Shown here one piece after another: positions 47,431 through 48,519 of a DNA stretch of 48,519 nt. The notes below the pieces were generated by a model. That model made no database searches. It was given only the letters and a program-made list of their open reading frames with translations, and was not told the DNA's origin. Source of the DNA: Nemertoderma westbladi. Its lineage: Eukaryota; Animalia; Xenacoelomorpha. A program made the translations under genes and the position numbers. The DNA lies in assembly GCA_032718475.1 (NCBI GenBank), contig JAUCBJ010008923.1:1-48519 (forward strand). The letters run 5' to 3'. Each line of letters opens with the position of its first letter. Position 1 is the stretch's first letter.

Positions 47431-48519
47431 ATGAGTGACACACCCTATTCGACGAGATACCCACCTACCGACTATGACTCGTGCGACCCGGACAGATCGA
47501 CAGTAGACGAACCGAGAAGGAGAACCCGAGATTCCACCGATGTCACACCGCTTGCGTCGCCGGTACCCCGAACGGAAATACCGGAAGCCGCAACGCGTGG
47601 CGACGGCAGAATCGAAGATTTCCTTACCGTCCCGCAGACTAGATCACGGGAACCGGACATGGTAAGTTCGACTGGAAGCCAGGAGAACGTTATTAGAAGT
47701 ATAGGAGGACACATGGCCCAGATTACTCGGAACCTCGGAGAAGGTTTTCACGTTTTACGCGAGTTAACCACCCCGATGTCGAGATACGAGTTCTACACCT
47801 TACAGGTAAGGATAGAAAGTAGGGTACATGCCTCCGTAGATAAACTTAAAGGTTTGCACGAACTTGCAGAGTTGCGTGGCGACAACTTTACTCAGGTAAA
47901 GATAGTAGATAAATTGGTAAGTGCGAGAGAAAGCCTTATCCAGTTTAAGTCGGTGATAAGATTGGCTCAACAGGAGCAGTTCGACCAACTGCTAGGTGAG
48001 TCAGTTTCGGACGCGTTGTTACAACCCGAAGAGGAAGAAGAACTCTACTGCCTGGACGGAAGGTTGGAAACGCTGACCAATTTTCTTCGTAGATGCGGCG
48101 TACCGATCGACGAACCGGAAGTCGAACCGCGAGGGACGACGGAAGTTCTCACTACGGAAGGCTCGCGAGCCTACCAACATCCACCACTGGATAGATCGTT
48201 CGTTAGCGTACGGAGCGACGTTGGCAACGTTGGCAACGTTAGTAGAACAGCGTCTGGAATTACTCGACAACAACAGGAGGTTGCACGCCGACAACAAGTC
48301 GCCGAGGAAGAAGCGCGACACCAGATGGCACAGATCGCCATCGAAGGAGAGAAACAACGTAGAGAAGACGAGGCAAGAATTGCACAACTCAAGGCGCAAG
48401 CTGAATTCGAAGCATCAGAAATGCGCAGACTGGAGGAGGACTTAGCGCGAGAAGCGGCAGCCGACGAGTTAGCACGGCAGAAAGCAGCATCCGACGTTCG
48501 TGCCAAGTTGGAGGCGCGG
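47431..48519 (+). CDS. gag: Gag N-terminus of BEL copy 2 (partial, open to window end)
   Basis: MSDTPYSTRYPPTDYDSC..., orthologous to 8899; reads through the position of copy 1's stop at 9778. Confidence 0.9.
   Translation, partial: MSDTPYSTRYPPTDYDSCDPDRSTVDEPRRRTRDSTDVTPLASPVPRTEIPEAATRGDGRIEDFLTVPQTRSREPDMVSSTGSQENVIRSIGGHMAQITRNLGEGFHVLRELTTPMSRYEFYTLQVRIESRVHASVDKLKGLHELAELRGDNFTQVKIVDKLVSARESLIQFKSVIRLAQQEQFDQLLGESVSDALLQPEEEEELYCLDGRLETLTNFLRRCGVPIDEPEVEPRGTTEVLTTEGSRAYQHPPLDRSFVSVRSDVGNVGNVSRTASGITRQQQEVARRQQVAEEEARHQMAQIAIEGEKQRREDEARIAQLKAQAEFEASEMRRLEEDLAREAAADELARQKAASDVRAKLEAR

Larger units (their letters stand above)
44252..48519 (+). mobile_element. BEL/Pao LTR retrotransposon copy 2 (same family, diverged), runs off the window
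   Basis: Starts TGATGAATTATTTCAC, colinear with copy 1 LTR, leader and gag; predicted TSD TCCTT (44247-44251). Confidence 0.95.

Overview
Eukaryotic (metazoan-like) transposon nest with no recognisable host gene. The main feature is a ~20.8 kb BEL/Pao LTR retrotransposon (5697-26497, TG...CA ends, 5-bp TSD ACATT) with 2.35 kb LTRs and a decayed gag-pol. Its 3' accessory block encodes a WRN/EXD-like DEDDy 3'-5' exonuclease and three zinc knuckles. A second copy of the family starts at 44252. The family has no tRNA primer-binding site (PBS). Instead, the 10 nt right after the 5' LTR are complementary to a hairpin at the 3' end of a predicted small intron inside the LTR, with five compensatory changes between the two copies. 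This suggests a self-encoded, possibly intron-derived primer. The element also carries 12 same-strand copies of a 20-nt hairpin motif read in all three frames. It sits in a non-autonomous DNA element, which interrupts an intron-containing piggyBac transposase pseudogene; one of those introns holds a LINE with an intact ORF2. The right part is a Polinton/Maverick-like element (pPolB, TBP-like, possibly PC4-like and DEDD-like ORFs) hit by the second BEL copy. MITEs, a tRNA-derived SINE and several tandem repeats are also present. All calls come from visual motif reading only.
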